Positions 50,440 through 61,216 of a stretch of 64,000 nucleotides of DNA are shown piece by piece. The position numbers were made by a program, and so were the translations under genes. The notes beneath the pieces were generated by a model. The model did no database searches. It was not told where the DNA came from and was given only the letters and a program-made list of their open reading frames with translations. This DNA is from a plasmid. The stretch lies in sequence record NZ_CP094333.1; one strand, 5' to 3'. Numbering within the stretch: the stretch's first letter is position 1; each line of letters opens with the position of its first letter.

Positions 50440-52600
50440 AGTATAAACCACCTTTTTGCTCCTCATCCGAAGTATCTTACCTGAAATTCCCTCACTCGTT
50501 TACCGCTCAAGCCCCAATTTTAACTGCCGGTCCAGCCTAAACCGCTCTAATAAGGTTCGATTTGGCGGTAAAATCTCTAGCCTGATAGCTCGAGAGATAC
50601 AAACTGCCCCACCGCCCCGTTTAAAAGTTGGCAGTGTTGAGCAGTGTTGGATTTGGGGTCGTCAGTCAAAGAGACGACTCTGTGATGGATCGAACAGGCT
50701 GGGAGTCAGTGGCGGCGCTCGTTCTGGTGGCAGCTCACGCTGCTTGGCGGCATTCGCCTTGGCTGTTTTCTGTTTCAGATGCTTGAGAATCTGCTCAATG
50801 ACCTTCGGATCTTCGATGCTGGCAATCACTTTGACGTGACCGCCGCAGTGTTCGCAGACTTCAATATCAATATTGAAGACTCGCTTGAGGCGTTGCATCC
50901 AGGTCATGGCGCGGTGGCGCTCTGCAGGACTCTTGTCACGCCAGTTAGTATCGAGACCTTCCGATTTGTCGGGCTTCTTGCCCCGCTTGGCGGGTGTTAC
51001 TTGAACTCGGTGTTTGCTGTTCGGTGCAAAGACGCCGTGGAAGCGTGTGAGGTTGACTCGCGGCTTAGGTACCAACGCAGCGAGTTTGGCGATGAAGTCC
51101 AGCGGCTCGAAGATCACATGGGTGGTGCCATTGCGGTACGGAGTTTTGAGCTCGTAACGCACCTGCCCATTGGCGGTTAATGCCAGACGTTTTTCTGAAA
51201 CCGCTGGCCGACTAATGTAGCGACACAAGCGCTCAAGCTTATCCCGCTGATGCGCTTCGGCCATCACACCGGCGTGTAGCGAGAAACCAGCATGGTTGGC
51301 TACTCGACTGCTTGAGTCGGCTTTATCCTCACGCCCTGGCAAGGTTTGCAGGGTGAAGACTTTGCGCCCTTGCTGGGGGCCGACGGCAATGCGATACGTA
51401 ACCGAAGCACCATGTAATTGAGTCAGCGTATCGTCTTCGCCCTCTTCCAGTGTCAACCACGTATTCTCGGCATCACGCTCCAAAATCCCACGCTTTTCCA
51501 TGCAGCGAGCGATGCGATGGCTGAGGGTGTGAGCGAGCGTATTCAGCTCATCGTAAGTGGGTGCCTTGACACGATGGAAGCGTTGCTTGCCATAGTCATC
51601 TTCGGCATAGACACCATCGAGAAACAGCATGTGGTAGTGGACATTGAGATTTAGCGCGGAGCCAAAGCGTTGGATAAGAGTCACTGAGCCAGTTTGTGCA
51701 GAGGCTTTGGTGTAACCGGCTTTTTTGATCAGATGAGTTGAGAGTGTACGATAGACGATACTCAAGACCTGGCCCATCAGCTGGGGATGGCGAGCCAGCA
51801 AAAAGCGTAGCTGGAAAGGAAAGCTGAGCACCCACTGGCGAATGGGCTCCTTGGGGAAGACTTCGTCTATCAGCAGCGCCGCACTCTCGGCCATCCGGCG
51901 GGCACCGCAGCTAGGGCAAAAGCCGCGTCGTTTACAGCTGAAGGCGACCAGACGCTCGTGATGACAATCCTCGCAGCGAACCCGCATGAAACCATACTCC
52001 AGACGGCCACATTGGAGGAGGTCGTTGAATTCTTGTTGGATGTAGCGAGGCAGGTGTTGACCTTGGGCTTCGAGTGAGGCTTTGAAGGCTGGGTAGTGCT
52101 GCTCAACCAGCTGGTAGAGCAGCGTCTGGTCGGGTTGGTGGCGTTCGTAACCGTTTGTTTGAGTGGGCGATTGACTCGCCGTGGCGTTCCTTGCCAGCGA
52201 CATGGGTATCCTCCGCTGATACTGTGGTTATGTACAGTATCAGCGGCTTGCGTTCAGACGTCCAGTCTGGCCCTAGACATCGCTAAATGCTTAACCCGCA
52301 ATAGCCCTCACGAGTTGTTATCAGCCACTACCGGTTGAGCGAGAAGGTTTTGGGTTCAGGGTGCTATTGCTCCACCAATCACAATACTGAAGCCCCAACT
52401 GTTATCAGTTGGGGCTTTTTCTTGTCTGTTTGCGGCGGTTGCGTTTTATCGGTAGTCGTCGAGCTCTGCACCATCCCACATAAGAGCTTAACGGTGCGAT
52501 CTTCAACGCCATCACACAAAACTTTCTTTTTCACGCACAGTCAACTTATTGGATGTTTTATTAACAACCCAAAAGGAGATATTTAGCGGGCGGCCGGAAG
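50440..52600 (-). mobile_element. ISCR1 (IS91-like rolling-circle element); boundaries approximate
   Basis: Orf513 transposase plus the expected oriIS side facing the blaNDM module and the sul1 side at the other end. Confidence 0.6.
50662..52203 (-). CDS. orf513: ISCR1 rolling-circle transposase (Orf513)
   Basis: Exactly 513 aa, MSLARNATASQSPTQTNGYERHQPDQ..., HxH/Y2 family. Confidence 0.9.
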   Translation of the reverse strand: MSLARNATASQSPTQTNGYERHQPDQTLLYQLVEQHYPAFKASLEAQGQHLPRYIQQEFNDLLQCGRLEYGFMRVRCEDCHHERLVAFSCKRRGFCPSCGARRMAESAALLIDEVFPKEPIRQWVLSFPFQLRFLLARHPQLMGQVLSIVYRTLSTHLIKKAGYTKASAQTGSVTLIQRFGSALNLNVHYHMLFLDGVYAEDDYGKQRFHRVKAPTYDELNTLAHTLSHRIARCMEKRGILERDAENTWLTLEEGEDDTLTQLHGASVTYRIAVGPQQGRKVFTLQTLPGREDKADSSSRVANHAGFSLHAGVMAEAHQRDKLERLCRYISRPAVSEKRLALTANGQVRYELKTPYRNGTTHVIFEPLDFIAKLAALVPKPRVNLTRFHGVFAPNSKHRVQVTPAKRGKKPDKSEGLDTNWRDKSPAERHRAMTWMQRLKRVFNIDIEVCEHCGGHVKVIASIEDPKVIEQILKHLKQKTAKANAAKQRELPPERAPPLTPSLFDPSQSRLFD

Positions 52601-52607
52601 GTGAATG

Positions 52608-53447
52608 CTAGGCATGATCTAACCCTCGGTCTCTGGCGTCGCGACTGCGAAATTTCGCGAGGGTTTCCGAGAAGGTGATTGCGCTTCGCAGATCTCCAGG
52701 CGCGTGGGTGCGGACGTAGTCAGCGCCATTGCCGATCGCGTGAAGTTCCGCCGCAAGGCTCGCTGGACCCAGATCCTTTACAGGAAGGCCAACGGTGGCG
52801 CCCAAGAAGGATTTCCGCGACACCGAGACCAATAGCGGAAGCCCCAACGCCGACTTCAGCTTTTGAAGGTTCGACAGCACGTGCAGCGATGTTTCCGGTG
52901 CGGGGCTCAAGAAAAATCCCATCCCCGGATCGAGGATGAGCCGGTCGGCAGCGACCCCGCTCCGTCGCAAGGCGGAAACCCGCGCCTCGAAGAACCGCAC
53001 AATCTCGTCGAGCGCGTCTTCGGGTCGAAGGTGACCGGTGCGGGTGGCGATGCCATCCCGCTGCGCTGAGTGCATAACCACCAGCCTGCAGTCCGCCTCA
53101 GCAATATCGGGATAGAGCGCAGGGTCAGGAAATCCTTGGATATCGTTCAGGTAGCCCACGCCGCGCTTGAGCGCATAGCGCTGGGTTTCCGGTTGGAAGC
53201 TGTCGATTGAAACACGGTGCATCTGATCGGACAGGGCGTCTAAGAGCGGCGCAATACGTCTGATCTCATCGGCCGGCGATACAGGCCTCGCGTCCGGATG
53301 GCTGGCGGCCGGTCCGACATCCACGACGTCTGATCCGACTCGCAGCATTTCGATCGCCGCGGTGACAGCGCCGGCGGGGTCTAGCCGCCGGCTCTCATCG
53401 AAGAAGGAGTCCTCGGTGAGATTCAGAATGCCGAACACCGTCACCAT
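52608..53447 (-). CDS. sul1: Sul1 sulfonamide-resistant dihydropteroate synthase
   Basis: [26 protein letters not shown]..., 279 aa, part of the 3'-conserved segment. Confidence 0.9.
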   Translation of the reverse strand: MVTVFGILNLTEDSFFDESRRLDPAGAVTAAIEMLRVGSDVVDVGPAASHPDARPVSPADEIRRIAPLLDALSDQMHRVSIDSFQPETQRYALKRGVGYLNDIQGFPDPALYPDIAEADCRLVVMHSAQRDGIATRTGHLRPEDALDEIVRFFEARVSALRRSGVAADRLILDPGMGFFLSPAPETSLHVLSNLQKLKSALGLPLLVSVSRKSFLGATVGLPVKDLGPASLAAELHAIGNGADYVRTHAPGDLRSAITFSETLAKFRSRDARDRGLDHA

Positions 53448-53788
53448 GGCGTCGGCCTCCGCAGCGACTTCCACGATGGGGATCGGGCGAGCAAAAAGGC
53501 AGCAATTATGAGCCCCATACCTACAAAGCCCCACGCATCAAGCTTTTGCCCATGAAGCAACCAGGCAATGGCTGTAATTATGACGACGCCGAGTCCCGAC
53601 CAGACTGCATAAGCAACACCGACAGGGATGGATTTCAGAACCAGAGAAAGAAAATAAAATGCGATGCCATAACCGATTATGACAACGGCGGAAGGGGCAA
53701 GCTTAGTAAAGCCCTCGCTAGATTTTAATGCGGATGTTGCGATTACTTCGCCAACTATTGCGATAACAAGAAAAAGCCAGCCTTTCAT
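53441..53788 (-). CDS. qacEdelta1: QacEdelta1 truncated SMR efflux protein
   Basis: [27 protein letters not shown]..., 115 aa. Confidence 0.9.
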   Translation of the reverse strand: MKGWLFLVIAIVGEVIATSALKSSEGFTKLAPSAVVIIGYGIAFYFLSLVLKSIPVGVAYAVWSGLGVVIITAIAWLLHGQKLDAWGFVGMGLIIAAFLLARSPSWKSLRRPTPW

Positions 53789-53951
53789 GATATATCTCCC
53801 AATTTGTGTAGGGCTTATTATGCACGCTTAAAAATAATAAAAGCAGACTTGACCTGATAGTTTGGCTGTGAGCAATTATGTGCTTAGTGCATCTAACGCC
53901 GGAGTTAAGCCGCCGCGCGTAGCGCGGTCGGCTTGAACGAATTGTTAGACA

Positions 53952-54743
53952 TCATTTACCAACTGACTTGATGATCTCGCCTTTCACAAAGCGAATAAAT
54001 TCTTCCAAGTGATCTGCGCGTGAGGCCAAGTGATCTTCTTTTTGTCCCAGATAAGCTTGCTTAGCTTCAAGTAAGACGGGCTGATACTGGGCAGGTAGGC
54101 GTTTTATTGCCCAGTCGGCAGCGACATCCTTCGGCGCGATTTTACCGGTTATTGCGCTGTACCAAATGCGGGACAACGTAAGCACTACATTTCGCTCATC
54201 GCCGGCCCAGTCGGGCTGCGAGTTCCATAGCTTCAAGGTTTCCCTCAGCGCCTCGAATAGATCCTGTTCAGGAACCGGGTCAAAGAATTCCTCCGCTGCC
54301 GGACCTACCAAGGCAACGCTATGTTCTCTTGCTTTTGTAAGCAGGATAGCTAGATCAATGTCGATCATGGCTGGCTCGAAGATACCCGCAAGAATGTCAT
54401 TGCGCTGCCATTCTCCAAATTGCAGCTCGCGCTTAGCCGGATAACGCCACGGGATGATGTCGTCATGCACGACAAGGGTGACTTCTATAGCGCGGAGCGT
54501 CTCGCTCTCGCCAGGGAAAGCCGAAGCCTCCATAAGATCATTGAGCAATGCTCGCCGCGTCGTTTCATCAAGCTTTACGGCCACAGTAACCAACAAATCA
54601 ATATCGCTGTATGGCTTCAGGCCGCCATCCACTGCGGAGCCGTACAAATGCACGGCCAGCAACGTTGATTCCAGATGGCGCTCAATGACGCTTAGCACCT
54701 CTGATAGTTGGTTCGAAATTTCGATGGTCACCGCTTCCCTCAT
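53952..54743 (-). CDS. aadA2: AadA2 aminoglycoside (3'')(9) adenylyltransferase cassette
   Basis: MREAVTIEISNQLSEVLSVIERHLESTLLAVHLYGSAVDGGLKPYSDIDLL... Confidence 0.9.
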   Translation of the reverse strand: MREAVTIEISNQLSEVLSVIERHLESTLLAVHLYGSAVDGGLKPYSDIDLLVTVAVKLDETTRRALLNDLMEASAFPGESETLRAIEVTLVVHDDIIPWRYPAKRELQFGEWQRNDILAGIFEPAMIDIDLAILLTKAREHSVALVGPAAEEFFDPVPEQDLFEALRETLKLWNSQPDWAGDERNVVLTLSRIWYSAITGKIAPKDVAADWAIKRLPAQYQPVLLEAKQAYLGQKEDHLASRADHLEEFIRFVKGEIIKSVGK

Positions 54744-54748
54744 GATGT

Positions 54749-55039
54749 CTAACGGGCGAGGTAAGCCGACCGCAGAATGCGGGTCGGCTTGACCGAAATG
54801 TTAGAACCAGAAGCCAAAACGGATAACTTGAATTTGGCGACGGGCGCTAACCGTGAAAAAACGCTGCGCCACCGAGGCGGCACAGCACTGCAAAAACGAT
54901 AGCTGCTTGCGCTTGCTACGCAAGGGCTAGAGGCCAAAAAGACTGAAAACCTGCGCAGCCCATGCAGGCGAAGCCCGGAAAAAAGGCAAAACAGGCACTG
55001 AATAACGCCTGAAAAGCTAAATGCCGTTTGAATAAACAT
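54749..55039 (-). CDS. gcuF: gcuF (orfF) cassette of unknown function between dfrA12 and aadA2
   Basis: Canonical dfrA12-gcuF-aadA2 array position. Confidence 0.4.
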   Translation of the reverse strand: MFIQTAFSFSGVIQCLFCLFSGLRLHGLRRFSVFLASSPCVASASSYRFCSAVPPRWRSVFSRLAPVAKFKLSVLASGSNISVKPTRILRSAYLAR

Positions 55040-55150
55040 GAGCTAAATAAAGCTGGGTTTAAGTGGTGCTAACGTTGGACGTAACGAGAGCCGGAGCGCA
55101 GCGGAGGGAACCAAAATGCGCAGCATTTTGGCGTCCCGTTGACGGAATGG

Positions 55151-55648
55151 TTAGCCGTTTCGACGCGCATAAACGGAGTGGGTGTACGGAATTACAGCTT
55201 GAATGGTTTCGGTTGAGACAAGCTCGAATTCTGTTTCGTTGAGCATTGGGAAGAAGGCGTCACCCTCGAAGGTTTGATGTACCTCAGATAGAAACACGCC
55301 GTGGGCGTGAGGTAGTGCCAGAGTGTATATCTCAGCTCCGCCCGCGACGTAGAGTTCATTGCCGAGTTCGGATGCCAAAGCGATAGCGTGCGACAGCGTT
55401 GAAACAACTACGCAGCCAGTGGCGCGGTAGTTAGCTTGGCGTGAGATTACCAATGTGTGACGGTTCGGTAGAGGCTTGCCGATAGACTCAAAGGTCTTTC
55501 GCCCCATGACAACGACTTTTCCCTCAGTGAGTCTGCGAAAAATCTTCTGCTCACCCGGAATTTTCCAGGGGATATTAGGACCATTGCCAATAACCCGATT
55601 GGCTCCCATCGCAGCAACGAGATAAATGCGTACTGATTCCGAGTTCAT
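55151..55648 (-). CDS. dfrA12: DfrA12 trimethoprim-resistant dihydrofolate reductase cassette
   Basis: MNSESVRIYLVAAMGANRVIGNGPNIPWKIPGEQKIFRRLTEGK..., 165 aa. Confidence 0.9.
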   Translation of the reverse strand: MNSESVRIYLVAAMGANRVIGNGPNIPWKIPGEQKIFRRLTEGKVVVMGRKTFESIGKPLPNRHTLVISRQANYRATGCVVVSTLSHAIALASELGNELYVAGGAEIYTLALPHAHGVFLSEVHQTFEGDAFFPMLNETEFELVSTETIQAVIPYTHSVYARRNG

Positions 55649-55792
55649 ATGGCTAACTTTGTTTTAGGGCGACTGCCCTGCTGCGTAACATCGTTGCTGC
55701 TCCATAACATCAAACATCGACCCACGGCGTAACGCGCTTGCTGCTTGGATGCCCGAGGCATAGACTGTACAAAAAAACAGTCATAACAAGCC
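55649..55792. other. attI1 recombination site and Pc/P2 promoter region of a class 1 integron
   Basis: GTTAGCC core after dfrA12 and the region up to the intI1 ATG. Confidence 0.7.
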
Positions 55793-56156
55793 ATGAAAAC
55801 CGCCACTGCGCCGTTACCACCGCTGCGTTCGGTCAAGGTTCTGGACCAGTTGCGTGAGCGCATACGCTACTTGCATTACAGCTTACCAACCGAACAGGCT
55901 TATGTCCACTGGGTTCGTGCCTTCATCCGTTTCCACGGTGTGCGTCACCCGGCAACCTTGGGCAGCAGCGAAGTCGAGGCATTTCTGTCCTGGCTGGCGA
56001 ACGAGCGCAAGGTTTCGGTCTCCACGCATCGTCAGGCATTGGCGGCCTTGCTGTTCTTCTACGGCAAGGTGCTGTGCACGGATCTGCCCTGGCTTCAGGA
56101 GATCGGAAGACCTCGGCCGTCGCGGCGCTTGCCGGTGGTGCTGACCCCGGATGAAG
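55793..56156 (+). pseudogene. intI1: intI1 truncated by IS26 (first 121 codons)
   Basis: [30 protein letters not shown]... breaks at the IS26 inverted repeat after ...VVLTPDE. Confidence 0.9.
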
Positions 56157-56976
56157 GGCACTGTTGCAAAGTTAGCGATGAGGCAGCCTTTTGTCTTATT
56201 CAAAGGCCTTACATTTCAAAAACTCTGCTTACCAGGCGCATTTCGCCCAGGGGATCACCATAATAAAATGCTGAGGCCTGGCCTTTGCGTAGTGCACGCA
56301 TCACCTCAATACCTTTGATGGTGGCGTAAGCCGTCTTCATGGATTTAAATCCCAGCGTGGCGCCGATTATCCGTTTCAGTTTGCCATGATCGCATTCAAT
56401 CACGTTGTTCCGGTACTTAATCTGTCGGTGTTCAACGTCAGACGGGCACCGGCCTTCGCGTTTGAGCAGAGCAAGCGCGCGACCATAGGCGGGCGCTTTA
56501 TCCGTGTTGATGAATCGCGGGATCTGCCACTTCTTCACGTTGTTGAGGATTTTACCCAGAAACCGGTATGCAGCTTTGCTGTTACGACGGGAGGAGAGAT
56601 AAAAATCGACAGTGCGGCCCCGGCTGTCGACGGCCCGGTACAGATACGCCCAGCGGCCATTGACCTTCACGTAGGTTTCATCCATGTGCCACGGGCAAAG
56701 ATCGGAAGGGTTACGCCAGTACCAGCGCAGCCGTTTTTCCATTTCAGGCGCATAACGCTGAACCCAGCGGTAAATCGTGGAGTGATCGACATTCACTCCG
56801 CGTTCAGCCAGCATCTCCTGCAGCTCACGGTAACTGATGCCGTATTTGCAGTACCAGCGTACGGCCCACAGAATGATGTCACGCTGAAAATGCCGGCCTT
56901 TGAATGGGTTCATGTGCAGCTCCATCAGCAAAAGGGGATGATAAGTTTATCACCACCGACTATTTGCAACAGTGCC
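56157..56976 (-). mobile_element. IS26, copy 2
   Basis: Inverted repeats GGCACTGTTGCAAA ... TTTGCAACAGTGCC. Confidence 0.95.
56209..56931 (-). CDS. tnpA: IS26 transposase
   Basis: 240 aa. One residue differs from copy 1 (G rather than N in KRIIGATLG). Confidence 0.95.
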   Translation of the reverse strand: MLMELHMNPFKGRHFQRDIILWAVRWYCKYGISYRELQEMLAERGVNVDHSTIYRWVQRYAPEMEKRLRWYWRNPSDLCPWHMDETYVKVNGRWAYLYRAVDSRGRTVDFYLSSRRNSKAAYRFLGKILNNVKKWQIPRFINTDKAPAYGRALALLKREGRCPSDVEHRQIKYRNNVIECDHGKLKRIIGATLGFKSMKTAYATIKGIEVMRALRKGQASAFYYGDPLGEMRLVSRVFEM

Positions 56977-58493
56977 ACTTCGACGACTACCTGCTGCCGG
57001 CCGAGAAGTTCGCCGCACTCAAGCGCGAGCAGGCCCTGCCCCTGGCGATCAACCCGAACAGCGACCAGTACCTGGAAGAGCGTTTGCAGCTGCTGGACGA
57101 GCAGTTGGCCACCGTCACCCGCCTGGCCAAGGACAACGAGCTGCCCGATGCCATCCTCACCGAGTCAGGGCTGAAAATCACCCCGCTGGATGCGGCGGTG
57201 CCGGATCGGGCGCAGGCGCTGATCGACCAAACCAGCCAGTTACTGCCGCGCATCAAGATCACCGAACTGCTGATGGACGTGGACGACTGGACGGGCTTCA
57301 GCCGCCACTTCACCCACTTGAAGGACGGGGCCGAGGCCAAAGACAGGACGTTGCTGCTGTCCGCAATCCTCGGTGATGCGATCAACCTCGGGCTGACCAA
57401 GATGGCCGAGTCGAGCCCCGGCCTGACCTACGCCAAGCTGTCCTGGCTGCAAGCCTGGCACATCCGCGACGAAACCTATTCGGCGGCCTTGGCCGAGCTG
57501 GTCAACCACCAGTATCGCCACGCCTTTGCCGCCCACTGGGGCGACGGCACGACCTCATCCTCCGATGGCCAGCGCTTCCGCGCGGGTGGCCGGGGCGAGA
57601 GCACCGGGCACGTCAACCCGAAGTACGGTAGCGAGCCGGGACGGCTGTTCTATACCCATATCTCCGACCAGTACGCGCCGTTCAGCACCCGCGTGGTGAA
57701 TGTCGGCGTCCGCGATTCCACCTATGTGCTCGACGGCCTGCTGTACCACGAGTCCGACCTGCGGATCGAGGAGCACTACACCGACACGGCCGGCTTCACC
57801 GATCACGTCTTTGCCCTGATGCACCTGCTAGGCTTCCGCTTCGCGCCGCGCATCCGCGACCTCGGCGAAACCAAGCTGTACGTGCCGCAGGGCGTGCAAG
57901 CCTACCCGACGTTGCGCCCGCTGATCGGCGGCACCCTGAACATCAAGCACGTGCGTGCCCACTGGGACGACATCCTGCGCCTGGCCAGCTCGATCAAGCA
58001 GGGCACCGTCACCGCCTCGCTGATGCTGCGCAAGCTCGGCAGCTACCCGCGCCAGAACGGACTGGCCGTGGCCCTGCGCGAGCTGGGCCGGATCGAGCGC
58101 ACGCTGTTCATCCTGGACTGGCTGCAAAGTGTTGAACTGCGCCGCCGCGTGCATGCCGGCCTGAACAAAGGTGAGGCGCGCAACTCGCTGGCCAGGGCGG
58201 TGTTCTTCAACCGCCTTGGGGAAATCAGGGATCGGAGCTTCGAGCAGCAGCGCTACCGGGCCAGCGGCCTCAACCTGGTGACGGCGGCTATCGTGCTGTG
58301 GAACACGGTGTACCTGGAACGCGCCACCCAGGGGTTGGTCGAGGCCGGCAAGCCGGTGGACGGCGAGCTGCTGCAATTCCTGTCGCCGCTGGGCTGGGAG
58401 CACATCAACCTAACCGGCGATTACGTCTGGCGGCAGAGCCGCAGACTGGAAGACGGGAAGTTTCGGCCCTTACGGATGCCCGGAAAACCTTAG
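56977..58493 (+). pseudogene. tnpA: 3' part of a Tn3-family tnpA (Tn1721-type), truncated by IS26
   Basis: Tn3-family transposase C-terminus ending 5 bp into the 38-bp inverted repeat. Confidence 0.8.
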
Positions 58494-58526
58494 CGTACGA
58501 TTTTTTCCGAATTCTGCGGGCTCCCC
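58489..58526. repeat. 38-bp terminal inverted repeat of Tn1721/Tn21-subgroup transposons
   Basis: Reverse complement reads GGGGAGCCCGCAGAATTCGGAAAAAATCGTACGCTAAG. Confidence 0.8.
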
Positions 58527-58793
58527 TAAGAACACGCCTGTGCACGGTTTACACATCATCCCATGGTGGCAGCCGGTTAACTTTCCTGCGCCACCAGTGG
58601 ATAGGAGATATGATCAGTCATAACATTAAGTCTAAAATTACAGACATCTCAAAAAGTCTGTAGCATAAAAGAGGCCTGATGTAGAATACTGTGCAAAATA
58701 GAATATTAAAAGGATTTGATATATCCCCTGTTCACAGTTATATGTTTCTGAATTACATGGTGAATTCCCCCAACATAATGCTAGGATTTAAAA

Positions 58794-60349
58794 ATGGCAG
58801 AAAAAAAGAAAAAAACTATTACTGGTCAAGTCTTGAACTCCATTAAAATTAACAAACTAAAATGTATAAATGGATTAAACGAGATTATTTTTAAACCTCA
58901 TGCGTTAACCGCAATTTTAGGTCCAAATGGAAGCGGAAAATCAACAATACTCCATGCCATAGCAAGCATATACATGCCTGAAAAAGGTTTCCCCGGTGAA
59001 GACCATCGGTTAATGCATTTTTTTCCACGCAGTCCACATGCTGAATGGAACGGCAGTGACTTCATTGTAAATTTAACTTATCGTAAAGATGGTGTAATGA
59101 TTGAAAATGAATTAAAAAATTATGGAAAAGCTGATGTTCGAGGCTCACGATGGATTCAGATTTATGCTCGTCGTCCTTTAAGAGAAGTTTACTATCTTGG
59201 CATTGATAAATGTGTTCCTATAATAGAATCAGAAAAAAAGATAATATTCAGTATGAAACCAGCAGTGTCAGTAATGATTTAATAACAAACATTCTTCATT
59301 ACGCCTCCTATATACTTAATAAACCATATACAAGTTTCAATCAACATCAACAACCCAATGGAAAAATATTGATTGGAGTTGAGTCAGAGGGACTGGCCTA
59401 CTCATCATTAAGTATGAGCGCAGGAGAGCAAAAGATATTTTTAATTCTGGAAACAATATTAAAAGCGGACAAGAACGCCTTAATATTAATCGATGAATTA
59501 GATTTGCTGTTGCATGACGAAGCATTGAAAAAGTTAATAGACGTCATATCAACTCATGCCGAAGATAAAAATAAACAAATCATCTTCACTACCCATAGAG
59601 AAATGGTAACCACTTTATCAGACAAGATAAATATAAGACACGTCGTAAACATTCAAGGCCGTAGTTATTCATTTGAAGAAACAAAACCTGATGCTATAAA
59701 CAGATTAACAGGTAAATCAACAACTCCCATTGAAATATATGTGGAAGATGATCTTGCTGTTGCAATAATAAATAAAATATGTTCTTCACTTAAGGCCAGC
59801 AGATATGTGAAAATATTTAAATTTGGCGCAGCTTCAAACGCATTCACTCTACTTGCCAGTACACTTATTCGTGGAGATAATCTATCTGATAAACTTTATA
59901 TTCTTGATGGCGATAAATACTCCACAGAAAATGAAAAGAAAGCTGCTCTTGATAAAGTTTTCACCGGCACAGAATCACGAACTTATGAGTTAAAAGCGGC
60001 AGCGGAAGGAAAAATAAAACAATTTAATCTCCCAAATGGAGTTAAGCCTGAACAATACATTCATTATCTTATTACAAATGTCCCACTGGACGGATTGGGT
60101 GGAGAATATTTAGAAATAATAGAAGCAGCAAGGGATATCAGAGTTGAACTTGATGCTCATAATTATATCTCGAACATTTTAACTAAATTGGGCATTGATC
60201 GTCCGTCCGGGTTAACACGAGTGATGGATCTGGCCTCCAGGCATCCCGAATGGCATCAGTATGTAAGTGAAGTCACTGACTGGTTACAGCCCGTAGTTTC
60301 TGATTTAATGGAACGATTACCTGAGAATGATACAGTAGATATAACTTAA
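58794..60349 (+). pseudogene. ABC-type ATPase with a C-terminal Toprim-like region (OLD/Gabija GajA-like, about 517 aa), frameshifted at an A7 tract (59233-59239)
   Basis: Walker A GPNGSGKST. After a frame change: ABC signature LSMSAGEQK, Walker B ILIDELDLLLH, then YVEDDLAV ... ILDGDKYS (a Glu and a DxD as in Toprim). AT-rich context. Confidence 0.5.
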
Positions 60350-60541
60350 AATATCCAACCATCCCGAATGAGCAAATACAAAAGCTCATTTGGGATAATG
60401 ATTAATATAATTATGCTGGCTCATTTCATGCCTGTCAAAAAAACAACAAATTTTGTTCTGTTATTTTCTTAACGAAGATATTATGTTAATTGTGAAAATA
60501 TGATATATATTATTATATAAGAACACATCGTAGAGGTTTTT

Positions 60542-61158
60542 ATGGGGAAATATCAGGAAGAAAAGAAAACACCCATCATTATGGTGAAAAAACGTCGCAC
60601 TCTTTTACCCCCTTCCTTATCTGAAAAAACAGGTGTTATCGCACGTTCAGAGACGGTAAAGATGGAAGATCCAGTATCTGTGGGAAGCAGTTCTCCTGCC
60701 GTCGATACTCATCCCCCTGAAGCTTCTGCCAGTAAGAAAAAAGAAAAAGACGCCGTTTTCCACGCCAGCCTCATTGGACTCATGAATTTACTCACAATTG
60801 CGTGGAAAAAGTTAAGTCTCTGTTTCCCCATCTTCGCGCAGAAAGCGGGGGATTTCTTCCACTGAAAATTGGCATAACCAATGATTTTGCCGCATTCCTG
60901 ACAGAACACCCTGAGACAGAACTGACACTGGATGAATGGTCCTGTGCAATATCCTGCATCACCACCCGACAGGTATATCTGCTGCGTACTGCTGTCGCAG
61001 GTATCCCTCGTTATGGACTGGATGGACTACCAGCAGGTCAGGTATCAGAATGCGATGCGCAGAATGCCAGACGCTGGCTGGCAGTAAGGGAAAAACAGAA
61101 GCTAAAGATGAAAACCATGCAGGAACAGACCGCGTCAACCGAAAAAATTGAGCGGTAA
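60542..61158 (+). pseudogene. finO: FinO/ProQ-domain RNA chaperone gene with an apparent frameshift in an A-tract (60737-60750)
   Basis: Lys-rich N-terminus in one frame. ProQ/FinO core (FLPLKIGITNDFAAFL...YLLRTAVAGIPRYGLDGLPAGQVSE) in another frame from a GTG at 60802. Confidence 0.5.
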
Positions 61159-61216
61159 TTTCATCACGATAACAGCAGGTTACCAACACAATGATATTCA
61201 TTGTGAAGTATTCCTT

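Noticed and set aside
49582-50484. 300-aa plus-strand ORF antisense to tat/dsbD
   Set aside because: Arg/Gly/Ala-rich low-complexity translation typical of spurious ORFs in about 65% GC DNA. The opposite strand has a real domain signature.
56904-58493. 529-aa ORF called as a full gene starting inside IS26
   Set aside because: The first ~24 codons are read through the IS26 inverted repeat. The true feature is a 3' fragment of a Tn3-family tnpA starting at 56977.
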